Assembly: GCA_012837765.1 (NCBI GenBank)
Contig: DUQO01000039.1
Coordinates: 1-57,376 of the forward strand
DNA length: 57,376 nt
DNA from: Mollicutes bacterium
GTDB lineage: Bacteria; Bacillota_I; Bacilli_A; RF39; UBA660
Direction: 5' to 3'
Both the position numbers and the translations under genes were made by a program. Shown here piece by piece: positions 1 through 7,846 of the stretch; the first letter of the stretch is position 1, and the number at the start of each line of letters is the position of its first letter. The notes beneath the pieces are model-generated. The model did not search any database, was not told the origin of the DNA, and saw nothing but the letters and a program-made list of their open reading frames with translations.

Positions 1-25
1 AAAAAGATATCAATTCGATATCTTT
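1..25 (-). terminator. Hairpin terminator downstream of pilin paralog 1 (cut by the window edge)
   Basis: Inverted repeat AAAGATATC (3-11) / GATATCTTT (17-25) with a 5-nt loop. The minus-strand T-run runs into the window edge. Confidence 0.5.
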
Positions 26-38
26 ATTTGACTTATTT

Positions 39-452
39 TTATTCAGAATATGTTTCACAATTCAAACTAGCATTATGGTCAACTGTTGCTTTTGTAATTA
101 ATGCTTTTTGAGTTCCAAATTTACTGTTTGATGATGTTTCAATACAAAGTTTCATTGGAGATAACGCAACTACACTAACAATTTCATAATTAGCTGGATT
201 AGCTCCTAACTTTTTTAATTCATCAGCATTAAGATCTTTTATTGTAACTGCAGTTGCCTGACCAAGAGATGCTTCTAAGTTTTGATATTCTAATCCTGTT
301 ATGATCATTTTTGCATCAGCTTCAAAAGCACTTTTCTTTGAATTATCTATCATATTAGATATACCTGGTACTGCTATTGCTAGTATAATTGCAAGTATTA
401 CAATTACAGCTAGTAGTTCTACTAAAGTAAAACCTTTCTTATTTCTTATCAT
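39..452 (-). CDS. Type IV pilin-like / pseudopilin paralog 1 (prepilin-type N-terminus)
   Basis: N-terminus is MIRNKKG|FTLVELLAVIVILAIILAIAVPG: Gly-1, Phe+1, Glu+5 and a hydrophobic alpha-1 helix. AGGAGG SD lies upstream. Two Cys (C103, C132). Shares the SNSKFG motif with the other paralogs. Confidence 0.85.
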   Translation of the reverse strand: MIRNKKGFTLVELLAVIVILAIILAIAVPGISNMIDNSKKSAFEADAKMIITGLEYQNLEASLGQATAVTIKDLNADELKKLGANPANYEIVSVVALSPMKLCIETSSNSKFGTQKALITKATVDHNASLNCETYSE

Positions 453-474
453 TTATTCCTCCTACTATGGTTTA

Positions 475-504
475 AATATATCACACAACAAATTGAGTTG
501 TCAA
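475..504 (-). promoter_or_regulatory. Putative sigma-A promoter of pilin paralog 1
   Basis: On the minus strand: TTGACA (499-504), 18-nt spacer, TGaTATATT extended -10 (475-480). A 6-bp inverted repeat AATTGA/TCAATT (491-506) overlaps the -35. Confidence 0.5.
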
Positions 505-561
505 TTAAACAATTATACAAACAGTTAATTTACGTTTAACTTTTTCATTACTCTTATTATA

Positions 562-993
562 CTAACAACCAGAAATTACACCTGGTTGATCTGCAGGTCC
601 TGTATGTTTAATATTAGACATAGTTGCTCCTGTTACAGTGCAAGAACCAAATTTACTATTACTACCAGAACCAGTTATACTAATAGTTATGGGATTCAAA
701 CTTGTAATATAAAAACTAGCATAATCATTTGGATTAGCTCCATAATCACCAAGTGAATCCTTAATATTATTTGATGCACTTACTGCTGGTCTTGCTGTAC
801 CAGCTAAATCGGCATTTAAAATAGCATAATCAATACCTTTAATAATTAATTTTACGTTGTCCTCAAAAGATGATTTTTTGGCATTTTTTGTCATATTAGA
901 TATGCCTGGTATTGCTATTGCTAATATTACTGCAAGTATTACAATTACAGCTAGTAATTCCACTAAAGTAAATCCTTTTTTAGTTTTTAACAT
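562..993 (-). CDS. Type IV pilin-like / pseudopilin paralog 2
   Basis: N-terminus is MLKTKKG|FTLVELLAVIVILAVILAIAIPG. AGGAGG SD. YGANPNDY and SNSKFG motifs. Cys at 118 and at the C-terminal residue 143. Confidence 0.85.
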   Translation of the reverse strand: MLKTKKGFTLVELLAVIVILAVILAIAIPGISNMTKNAKKSSFEDNVKLIIKGIDYAILNADLAGTARPAVSASNNIKDSLGDYGANPNDYASFYITSLNPITISITGSGSNSKFGSCTVTGATMSNIKHTGPADQPGVISGC

Positions 994-1032
994 ATTAGAT
1001 TCCTCCTATTTTCTTCATATAATACTATATTA

Positions 1033-1061
1033 AATATAGCACTTCATTAATGTGAAGTCAA
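1033..1061 (-). promoter_or_regulatory. Putative sigma-A promoter of pilin paralog 2
   Basis: On the minus strand: TTGACT (1056-1061), 17-nt spacer, TATATT (1033-1038). The inverted repeat ACTTCA/TGAAGT (1041-1058) fills the spacer and overlaps the -35. Confidence 0.5.
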
Positions 1062-1081
1062 TTCGTTTGTAATTTTTTGTC

Positions 1082-1107
1082 AAAAAAAGATGTCAAGTGA
1101 CATCTTT
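1082..1107 (-). terminator. Rho-independent terminator of pilin paralog 3
   Basis: AAAGATGTCA (1086-1095) pairs with TGACATCTTT (1098-1107). The plus-strand A-run 1082-1088 gives a minus-strand T-run after the stem. Confidence 0.65.
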
Positions 1108-1120
1108 AAAATTATACTTA

Positions 1121-1519
1121 TTATTCTACTGATTGAACTGTAACAGAAGATCTTGTAGCATTAGTTGCTGTCCAAGCTCCAAATTTACTATCAGCTTTTG
1201 ATGTAACTGAAATGGTAACTGGATCATAACTTACAATTGTTACTGAACTATAATTATTAGGGTCTGCTCCATATTCATCAATAGAAGATTTTATATTAGA
1301 ACCTTCTGCAGGAAGATTAATACCATCATTTAGTGAAGCTTCTAAAACTTTATATTCAATACCAGTTATAATCATCTTTACATCTGATTCAAATGCACCT
1401 TTCCTAGTATTACCAATCAATCCAGAAATACCTGGTACTGCTATGGCTAATATTATTGCTAATATTACAATTACTGCTAACAACTCGACTAATGTGAACC
1501 CTTTTTTGTTACTTGACAT
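1121..1519 (-). CDS. Type IV pilin-like / pseudopilin paralog 3
   Basis: Start moved to the internal ATG at 1519 (MSSNKKG|FTLVELL...), which is preceded by AAGGAGG. The longer track ORF runs into the promoter repeat. YGADPNNY, DPVTISVTS and SKFG motifs. No Cys. Confidence 0.85.
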   Translation of the reverse strand: MSSNKKGFTLVELLAVIVILAIILAIAVPGISGLIGNTRKGAFESDVKMIITGIEYKVLEASLNDGINLPAEGSNIKSSIDEYGADPNNYSSVTIVSYDPVTISVTSKADSKFGAWTATNATRSSVTVQSVE

Positions 1520-1547
1520 GTCATACCTCCTTATCATGTACATTAAA

Positions 1548-1576
1548 AATATATCATAATTAAATTTAATAATCAA
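1548..1576 (-). promoter_or_regulatory. Putative sigma-A promoter of pilin paralog 3
   Basis: On the minus strand: TTGATT (1571-1576), 17-nt spacer, TGaTATATT (1548-1553). The -35 lies inside the first copy of the 21-bp tandem repeat. Confidence 0.5.
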
Positions 1577-1611
1577 TGAATTAAATTTAATAATCAATGA
1601 ATTAAATTTAA
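1561..1611. repeat. Perfect 21-bp tandem direct repeat, 2.4 copies (unit TAAATTTAATAATCAATGAAT)
   Basis: Copies at 1561-1581 and 1582-1602 are identical. A partial third copy spans 1603-1611. Read directly from the sequence. Confidence 0.95.
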
Positions 1612-1630
1612 AAATATAATAAAAATGGTA

Positions 1631-1685
1631 AAAAAAAACAACAGGTTATATTTTGTTTACACTAGGAAAACAATATAACTTGTTG
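1631..1685 (-). terminator. Rho-independent terminator of pilin paralog 4
   Basis: About 14-bp imperfect stem, CAACAGGTTATATT (1639-1652) with AATATAACTTGTTG (1672-1685). The plus-strand A8 run (1631-1638) gives a minus-strand T-run. Confidence 0.65.
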
Positions 1686-1743
1686 ATAACTTTTTATACA
1701 CGTGCAAGTAAAGCGGACGTACAGTTTACACTACAATTTGCTA

Positions 1744-2145
1744 CTATGGCGTTGTGACAGGCGTTGCAGTAACAGAGGCCTTAGTAGCACCAGTTGCCGT
1801 CCATGCTCCAAACTCACTATTAGCACTTGATGTAATAGTTACAGTTATTGGGTCCAAACTAGTAATCTCTGCTGCTGTATAATTGGTTGGATCTGCACCA
1901 TAATCGTCGATGTTAGCTAAAATGTCTCCTACGGCTGGAGTTGTGATATCAGTATCAATTGTTGATTGCAAAATTTGATACTCAATTCCAGTAATAATCA
2001 TTTTTACATCGGCTTCAAAAGCACTTCTCCTTGAATTATTGATTATACCAGAGATACCTGGTACTGCTATGGCTAAAATGATAGCCAAAATAACAATTAC
2101 TGCTAACAACTCGACTAATGTGAACCCTTTTTTCTTTTTCAACAT
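1744..2145 (-). CDS. Type IV pilin-like / pseudopilin paralog 4
   Basis: N-terminus is MLKKKKG|FTLVELLAVIVILAIILAIAVPG. GGAGGG SD. YGADPTNY and DPITVTITS motifs. T/P-rich C-terminal tail TATPVTTP. The 3' part is GC-enriched. Confidence 0.85.
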   Translation of the reverse strand: MLKKKKGFTLVELLAVIVILAIILAIAVPGISGIINNSRRSAFEADVKMIITGIEYQILQSTIDTDITTPAVGDILANIDDYGADPTNYTAAEITSLDPITVTITSSANSEFGAWTATGATKASVTATPVTTP

Positions 2146-2208
2146 GTTTACCCTCCTATCATGTCACAAAATATATCATCACATTATAATTTGTTAGCTT
2201 TAATTATT

Positions 2209-2859
2209 TTAATTATTGAATTTTAGTGAGTCAATAGCTACTTGATAATTTTCACTCATGACAACGTATGAACCAGTCACAAGCATATCAGCACCTGAAT
2301 CTAGACACAGTTTAGCATTTTCCTTATTTATGCCACCATCAACTGAAATAATAGTCTTTAAATTTCTTCTTTTAATCTCACCTTTTAGTATTCTTATCTT
2401 TTCAAGTGAAGAAGGCATAAATTCTTGACCACCATATCCAGGCTCTACACTCATAATCAAAATTAAATCAATGTTGTCTAACAAATTAAATGTTTCTTTG
2501 ATATCAGTAATAGGCTTAACTGAAAGTCCACACTTTATACCTTTCTTTTTTATTTTTTTTAGCAACTCAATATTTCCATTAAAAACTTCATAATGAATTG
2601 TCAAATATTCTATATTAAATGATGATAAATTATCGATATAAAAATCAATATCATCAACCATTAAATGAACATCAAGTGGTTTATTTGCAATTTTGTTTAT
2701 TTGTTCAATTCTTGAGAGCGGGAAATTAATTTCTTTAACAAATTTTCCATCCATAACGTCAATGTGAAAATAATCAAACTCTACTTCATTTAATTTTCTA
2801 ATGGTTTCATCATCGTTTTTTGATAGAACGGATACGGATATTTTGATCAACTTCATCAT
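2209..2859 (-). CDS. rpe: Ribulose-phosphate 3-epimerase
   Basis: HIDVMDGKFV, HLMV and MSVEPGYGGQEF motifs. About 216 aa. Sits after rsgA as in B. subtilis. The start could be either of two adjacent ATGs. Confidence 0.9.
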   Translation of the reverse strand: MMKLIKISVSVLSKNDDETIRKLNEVEFDYFHIDVMDGKFVKEINFPLSRIEQINKIANKPLDVHLMVDDIDFYIDNLSSFNIEYLTIHYEVFNGNIELLKKIKKKGIKCGLSVKPITDIKETFNLLDNIDLILIMSVEPGYGGQEFMPSSLEKIRILKGEIKRRNLKTIISVDGGINKENAKLCLDSGADMLVTGSYVVMSENYQVAIDSLKFNN

Positions 2860-3691
2860 CCTTTTCTTTTAAAAATTTTTGATAGTTTAAATATCTTGAT
2901 TTTAAAATAGCTCCATCATTTACAAGTTCTTTAATTTTACAATCATCTTCTTTTAAATGAAAGCAATCCCTATATTTACACTCTTCTTTAAAGTTTTCAA
3001 ATTCGATTATTGAATCCCTTATTGATTCTTTATCCATATTATAGAAATCAAGTGATGAAAACCCAGGTGTATCTGCAATCAACGAATTTCTTGTTTCAAG
3101 TAATTCTACATGTCTTGTTGTATGTTTTCCACGACCTAAGGCATGTGAAATCTTACTTGTTTTTAAATTTAGATTATTATCTAATTTGTTTAAAAGGGTT
3201 GATTTACCAACTCCACTTTGTCCTGTTAAAACAGTAATTTTGTTTTTTAATAAACTATGTATTTTTTCTGTTTGCTCATTAGTAAGCACTTCATAACCCA
3301 ATTTTTGATAATATTTTATATATTCATCCATTTTATTTCCCTCTTCACTACTAAGCAAATCTAATTTAGTGATACATATAATAGTATTTATATTATTATA
3401 GTTAATAATACTAATCATTTTATCTAAAAGATATAAATCAAAATTGGGTTCTTTAGCACTCATTACAATAAGAGCTTGATCAATATTACAAATTGGCGGT
3501 CTTAAAAGTTCATTTTTACGAGGCAAAAGCTCTATAATGAGCTTTTTTTCTTTATCAAATATTACTTTATCACCAACTAATGGCTTTAAATTTTCATTTT
3601 TAAATTTACCTCGTGCAGTACATTCAATATACTTATCTCCATACTTAACACGATATAAATTACTAATATTACATATTATTTGACCAACCAT
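2810..3691 (-). CDS. rsgA: Ribosome small-subunit biogenesis GTPase RsgA
   Basis: P-loop GQSGVGKSTLLN, DTPGF, and C-terminal Zn cluster CKYRDCFHLKEDDC. Start set at ATG 3691, 2 nt after the pknB stop. The upstream extension overlaps pknB. Confidence 0.9.
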   Translation of the reverse strand: MVGQIICNISNLYRVKYGDKYIECTARGKFKNENLKPLVGDKVIFDKEKKLIIELLPRKNELLRPPICNIDQALIVMSAKEPNFDLYLLDKMISIINYNNINTIICITKLDLLSSEEGNKMDEYIKYYQKLGYEVLTNEQTEKIHSLLKNKITVLTGQSGVGKSTLLNKLDNNLNLKTSKISHALGRGKHTTRHVELLETRNSLIADTPGFSSLDFYNMDKESIRDSIIEFENFKEECKYRDCFHLKEDDCKIKELVNDGAILKSRYLNYQKFLKEKDDEVDQNIRIRSIKKR

Positions 3692-3692
3692 C

Positions 3693-5417
3693 TTATTCTT
3701 CGCCTTCTGTATTCTCAGTATCTGGATCAAGAGATGCTTTCTCTTTAGTAATTTCAACTTTTAAAGTAACACCTTTAACAATACGAGATTCAGGCGATCT
3801 ACTTTGATAAATTACAATATCAGGTTCTTGTGTATCTGTTTCTTTGTACTCTATCTCTAAAACAATCTCATATTCATCAGCAAAAGCTCTAATATCAGCT
3901 TCAGACCATTTTTCACCTACAAAATCAGGATAGACATCATATATATTAGGAATATATAAAACAATTTCATCTCCTTCTTTTAATTCAGTACCAGCTTCAA
4001 CACTTTGATCTATAATTACATTTTCTTTATCACGATATAAAGTTACATCAGAAACATCTTTCTTTTCTTCTCTTACTGTAATACCTTTTAATATCAAAGA
4101 TGTTTTTGTTTCAATAAGGTCTTTTCCTATGTAATTTTCAATTACTACTATATTTTCACCTGTTGATTGATACAAGACGATAGTCGTTCCTTTTTTTATC
4201 ATACGACCAGCAGCTGGAGAAGTTTTAACTATTTTTCCTTCTTTTATAGTATTGCTACTGATTTGTTCAATATCGACTGCTATTTCAAAACCAGCATTTT
4301 TAAGTTTTGACTCTGCTTCTTCAACGCTTAAATTACTTACATCTGGTACTCTAACATCTGGTACTCTTGTTACAGCTGGATAAATTATAAATATTGAAAA
4401 TAGTAAAACCATTAAAGAAAGTAAAATACTTCCTAATATAATAAATGGTTTTTTATTTGGTTTATAATCATTTTCTTTAATTGGCTTAGCGATATTATCT
4501 ACCTCCTTATCTTCTTTTATTACAGGCAATACTTTTGTATCTTCTAAATCATGCTCTAAGTATTTATAAATATGACGTGGTTCATTTAACCTTTCTTCAT
4601 TCATTACTGTTTTTAAATCATCATACATTTCTCTAGCGTTATTATATCTATTTTTCGGATTTTTAGCTGATGCTTTAATTATAACGTTTTCAAGACTTTG
4701 AGGAACATCATTAAGTTCGCGTCTAAGAGATGGTAATGGATCTTTCATATGTTTTAAAGCAATTTCAACAGCATTTTCTCCTTTAAAAGGAAGTTTAGCT
4801 GTTAATAATTCATACATTAAAATTCCCAGGGCATAGATATCACTTTTAATAGTACTTCCCTTTCCAGCAGCTTGTTCTGGCGGAAGATAATGAACTGAAC
4901 CCATTACTGAATTAGTTTGAGTAAGCTGTGAACTATTAAGTGCCATAGCTATACCAAAATCCGTTATTTTCACTAATCCGTTTTCTAAAATTAAAATATT
5001 TTGAGGTTTTATATCACGATGTATGATATATGCATCATGTGCATGTGATAAACCATCTGTCAATTGAAGCATAATGTCAATTACTTCAGGAATTGTAAGA
5101 GCTCCTCTTTTTTTAATAAGTTGTTTTAAATTACGCCCCTCAATATATTCCATAACAATATAATAATCGCCATTATCTTCACCTACATCATACATTTCAA
5201 CAATATTAGGATGACTAAGTGATGATGCTGCTAAAGCTTCTCGTTGAAAGCGTCTAACAAATTTTTCATCATTTGCTAAATCGCCTCTTAAAACCTTAAC
5301 AGCAACTCTTCTTCCAAGAATAACATCTTCAGCTAAATAAACATTCGCCATGCCACCTTCACCCAATAATTTAATTATCTCATAGCGTCCATTTACTTTT
5401 TGACCTTTAACTACCAT
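3693..5417 (-). CDS. pknB: Ser/Thr protein kinase with extracellular PASTA repeats (PrkC/PknB type)
   Basis: GEGGMANVY...VAVK, HRDIKPQN and DFG motifs. One TM segment, then repeated PASTA-like modules. Confidence 0.92.
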   Translation of the reverse strand: MVVKGQKVNGRYEIIKLLGEGGMANVYLAEDVILGRRVAVKVLRGDLANDEKFVRRFQREALAASSLSHPNIVEMYDVGEDNGDYYIVMEYIEGRNLKQLIKKRGALTIPEVIDIMLQLTDGLSHAHDAYIIHRDIKPQNILILENGLVKITDFGIAMALNSSQLTQTNSVMGSVHYLPPEQAAGKGSTIKSDIYALGILMYELLTAKLPFKGENAVEIALKHMKDPLPSLRRELNDVPQSLENVIIKASAKNPKNRYNNAREMYDDLKTVMNEERLNEPRHIYKYLEHDLEDTKVLPVIKEDKEVDNIAKPIKENDYKPNKKPFIILGSILLSLMVLLFSIFIIYPAVTRVPDVRVPDVSNLSVEEAESKLKNAGFEIAVDIEQISSNTIKEGKIVKTSPAAGRMIKKGTTIVLYQSTGENIVVIENYIGKDLIETKTSLILKGITVREEKKDVSDVTLYRDKENVIIDQSVEAGTELKEGDEIVLYIPNIYDVYPDFVGEKWSEADIRAFADEYEIVLEIEYKETDTQEPDIVIYQSRSPESRIVKGVTLKVEITKEKASLDPDTENTEGEE

Positions 5418-5419
5418 AC

Positions 5420-6160
5420 TTATTCACCACTCTCTTTTACTAGATAAGCTATTGATATATTATCGGTTCCCCCTCTGTTATTGCTTTTCTTAATTAAGCG
5501 TATAACTTTTTCTTCAATCGTTAAAGTTTCTAATTCTAAAACTTTTTGAATTTGTTCTCCACTAAGCATATTTGTAAGACCATCACTACACAATAAAATA
5601 GCATCAACATTTACATCAACATCAAAAATATCTATTTCAATAGGATTATTAGCTCCTAATGCTCTCATTAAAACATTTTTCTTAGGGTGTAATTTAGCCT
5701 CTTCCTCGGTTAATTCACCAGTTGAAACCAAAAGATTTACTAAAGTGTGATCTTTAGTTACTTTATATAATATATTTTCTTTCATGACAAAACCTGAACT
5801 GTCACCGATGTTACCAAACAACAGATACTCTTTAGTTAAGATAGCAACAACAAGTGTTGTACCCATACCTTTGCTTTCAGTAACTTTATCAGTATAAGAA
5901 AAAATATTATTATTAATTATCTCAACTGATTCCCTTAACCAATTTACAGCATTAGCTTTACTGCCAATTTTCTCCATCTTTAAAAATGCTTTACTAAGAT
6001 AATCAATCGTCATTGAAGAAGCTATTTCTCCGGCTTGATGACCACCCATTCCATCTGCCACAGCCATTAAATATTCACCACTATCATTTTGAACAATGAT
6101 AACACTATCTTCATTATGTTCTCTTACTCTTCCTGCATCGGTTAAATAATATGTTTGCAT
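5420..6160 (-). CDS. stp: PP2C-family Ser/Thr phosphatase (PrpC/Stp)
   Basis: DGMGGH, GDS and GGTDNIS motifs. Immediately upstream of the kinase gene. Confidence 0.9.
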   Translation of the reverse strand: MQTYYLTDAGRVREHNEDSVIIVQNDSGEYLMAVADGMGGHQAGEIASSMTIDYLSKAFLKMEKIGSKANAVNWLRESVEIINNNIFSYTDKVTESKGMGTTLVVAILTKEYLLFGNIGDSSGFVMKENILYKVTKDHTLVNLLVSTGELTEEEAKLHPKKNVLMRALGANNPIEIDIFDVDVNVDAILLCSDGLTNMLSGEQIQKVLELETLTIEEKVIRLIKKSNNRGGTDNISIAYLVKESGE

Positions 6161-6174
6161 ATTTCCACCACTTT

Positions 6175-7188
6175 CTAATTGGTTGACCTAAGTTGACCAC
6201 ATGCTGCATCCAATTCACCACCAAATTCCCTTCTTACGGTTACATTTATATTGTTCTTTTTAAGTATATCATAAAAACGCATTATATTAGTATTACTACT
6301 TTTCTTAAATGAAAAATTATTTGTCTCATTATAGGGGATTAAATTAACATAGCAATTTATTCCTTTTAGCAAGAAAGATAATTCATGAGCACAGGAAACA
6401 TTATCATTTATTCCTTCAAGCATTATATATTCAAAAGTTACTCTACGATTAGTTTGTTTGATGTAACTTTTAACTACACTAATAAGTGAATCAATATTAT
6501 AAACCTTGTTTATTGGCATTATTTTATTGCGAATCTCATCATTTGCAGCATGAAGTGAAATCGCTAAATTAACTTGTAAATTTTCTTTTGCAAAATCATT
6601 TATTTTTGGTACAAGACCAGAAGTTGATATCGTTATATGCCTAGCTCCTATACCAATACCTTTATTATCATTTATTGTTCTAACAAATCTCATCACTTCA
6701 TCATAATTATCGAAGGGCTCACCAATGCCCATTATAACAACATGTGAAATGCGTTTTCCTATATCTTCTTCGATTTTTAATATTTGTAAAACCATTTCGC
6801 CTGATGTTAGATTTCGGACTTTTTTCAACCGCCCACTTTCACAAAAAAGGCATCCTATATTACAACCTACTTGAGTTGAAACACATAAACTTATTCCATA
6901 ATTATGAAACATTAAAACAGCTTCTATTTTTTCACCATCACTCAATTCAAAAAGATATTTATATACATCTTTTCCTTTTTGTTTTTTTAAAATTGTTATA
7001 TCACCAAAAATAAAAGTTGTTTTTAGTTTTTCTATAAATTTCTTATTTAAATTAGTCATCTGATCAAATGATGTAACCCTTTTTTTATATAACCAATCAA
7101 ATATTTGATTAGCTTTAAAAGGTTTTTCATCATGCTCTTTTAAATATTCACTCATCTTATCAAAATCTAAGTCATATATGTTTCGCAT
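6175..7188 (-). CDS. rlmN: 23S rRNA/tRNA adenine-C2 methyltransferase RlmN (radical SAM)
   Basis: CNIGCLFC radical-SAM cluster motif and C-terminal DAACGQL. Conserved operon position. Confidence 0.9.
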   Translation of the reverse strand: MRNIYDLDFDKMSEYLKEHDEKPFKANQIFDWLYKKRVTSFDQMTNLNKKFIEKLKTTFIFGDITILKKQKGKDVYKYLFELSDGEKIEAVLMFHNYGISLCVSTQVGCNIGCLFCESGRLKKVRNLTSGEMVLQILKIEEDIGKRISHVVIMGIGEPFDNYDEVMRFVRTINDNKGIGIGARHITISTSGLVPKINDFAKENLQVNLAISLHAANDEIRNKIMPINKVYNIDSLISVVKSYIKQTNRRVTFEYIMLEGINDNVSCAHELSFLLKGINCYVNLIPYNETNNFSFKKSSNTNIMRFYDILKKNNINVTVRREFGGELDAACGQLRSTN

Positions 7189-7220
7189 ACAGTTCTCCTT
7201 ATACTTTAAAAAAGTGAAAA

Positions 7221-7835
7221 TTATTTTTCCACTACAAAATCATTTACTTGATTTATATTTTTAAATTGAAGTTTAATGTTATATGAAGGAAATGACATAA
7301 TTACTTTCTTTAAAACATTATTTTCATTTATTACTTCTATTTCCATATCGTTATATTTATATATTTCGCTTATACTTTCATCAAAATTGTTTTTTGTATC
7401 TATCAATTCTGCTTGTTCAATTATTGTTTTTAAATGATTTATATCTAATAGTCTATCATCAAATGATTCATCAATCAAAATGAAATTGTCTATTTCTTGC
7501 CATGTATCGTCTTTTTTTATTGATGTTTTTTCATAAAACGTGTATACTTCACTATCAATAATGTCATTTGTCTTTTTTGTAAAAAGGTTTTTATTATTAT
7601 ACTTTTTTCCTTCTAAAGTAATAACTGATTCTTCTGTTTCTATTTCATATAGATATTCATAATTGTTAGTTATGTCCTTCCAATTACTATTAACTCCCTT
7701 TTCATTATTGATTGGATTGCTAGATGGTTGCATAGTAGCAATGATAACAGCAAAAAAGACAAAATAAAAACCAAAAAAGAGTAAGGGCTTAAAATATCTA
7801 GTTTTAGAAAATTCTTTTAATTTTTCTCTATTCAT
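7221..7835 (-). CDS. Hypothetical N-terminally membrane-anchored protein
   Basis: 204-aa ORF with one N-terminal TM segment (FKPLLFFGFYFVFFAVIIATM). No recognisable motif. Occupies the slot where rsmB lies in B. subtilis. Confidence 0.55.
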   Translation of the reverse strand: MNREKLKEFSKTRYFKPLLFFGFYFVFFAVIIATMQPSSNPINNEKGVNSNWKDITNNYEYLYEIETEESVITLEGKKYNNKNLFTKKTNDIIDSEVYTFYEKTSIKKDDTWQEIDNFILIDESFDDRLLDINHLKTIIEQAELIDTKNNFDESISEIYKYNDMEIEVINENNVLKKVIMSFPSYNIKLQFKNINQVNDFVVEK

Positions 7836-7846
7836 AAGCCTAACCT

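Noticed and set aside
1520-1597. N-terminal extensions of track ORFs: pilin 3 to 1597, rpsP to 11705, lspA to 18444, uvrC to 24049, sigE to 42225, spoIIGA to 43006, ftsA to 45356, parE to 54229, rsgA to 3757 and rseP to 10211.
   Set aside because: In every case an internal start matches the family N-terminus and has a proper SD. The extension runs through promoters, terminator hairpins or the preceding gene.
2810-2859. An overlap of about 50 nt between the rsgA 3' end and the rpe 5' end, considered as a possible frameshift or fusion.
   Set aside because: Both proteins are full length with intact terminal motifs. The overlap disappears only partly with the second ATG. Such overlaps occur in compact operons.
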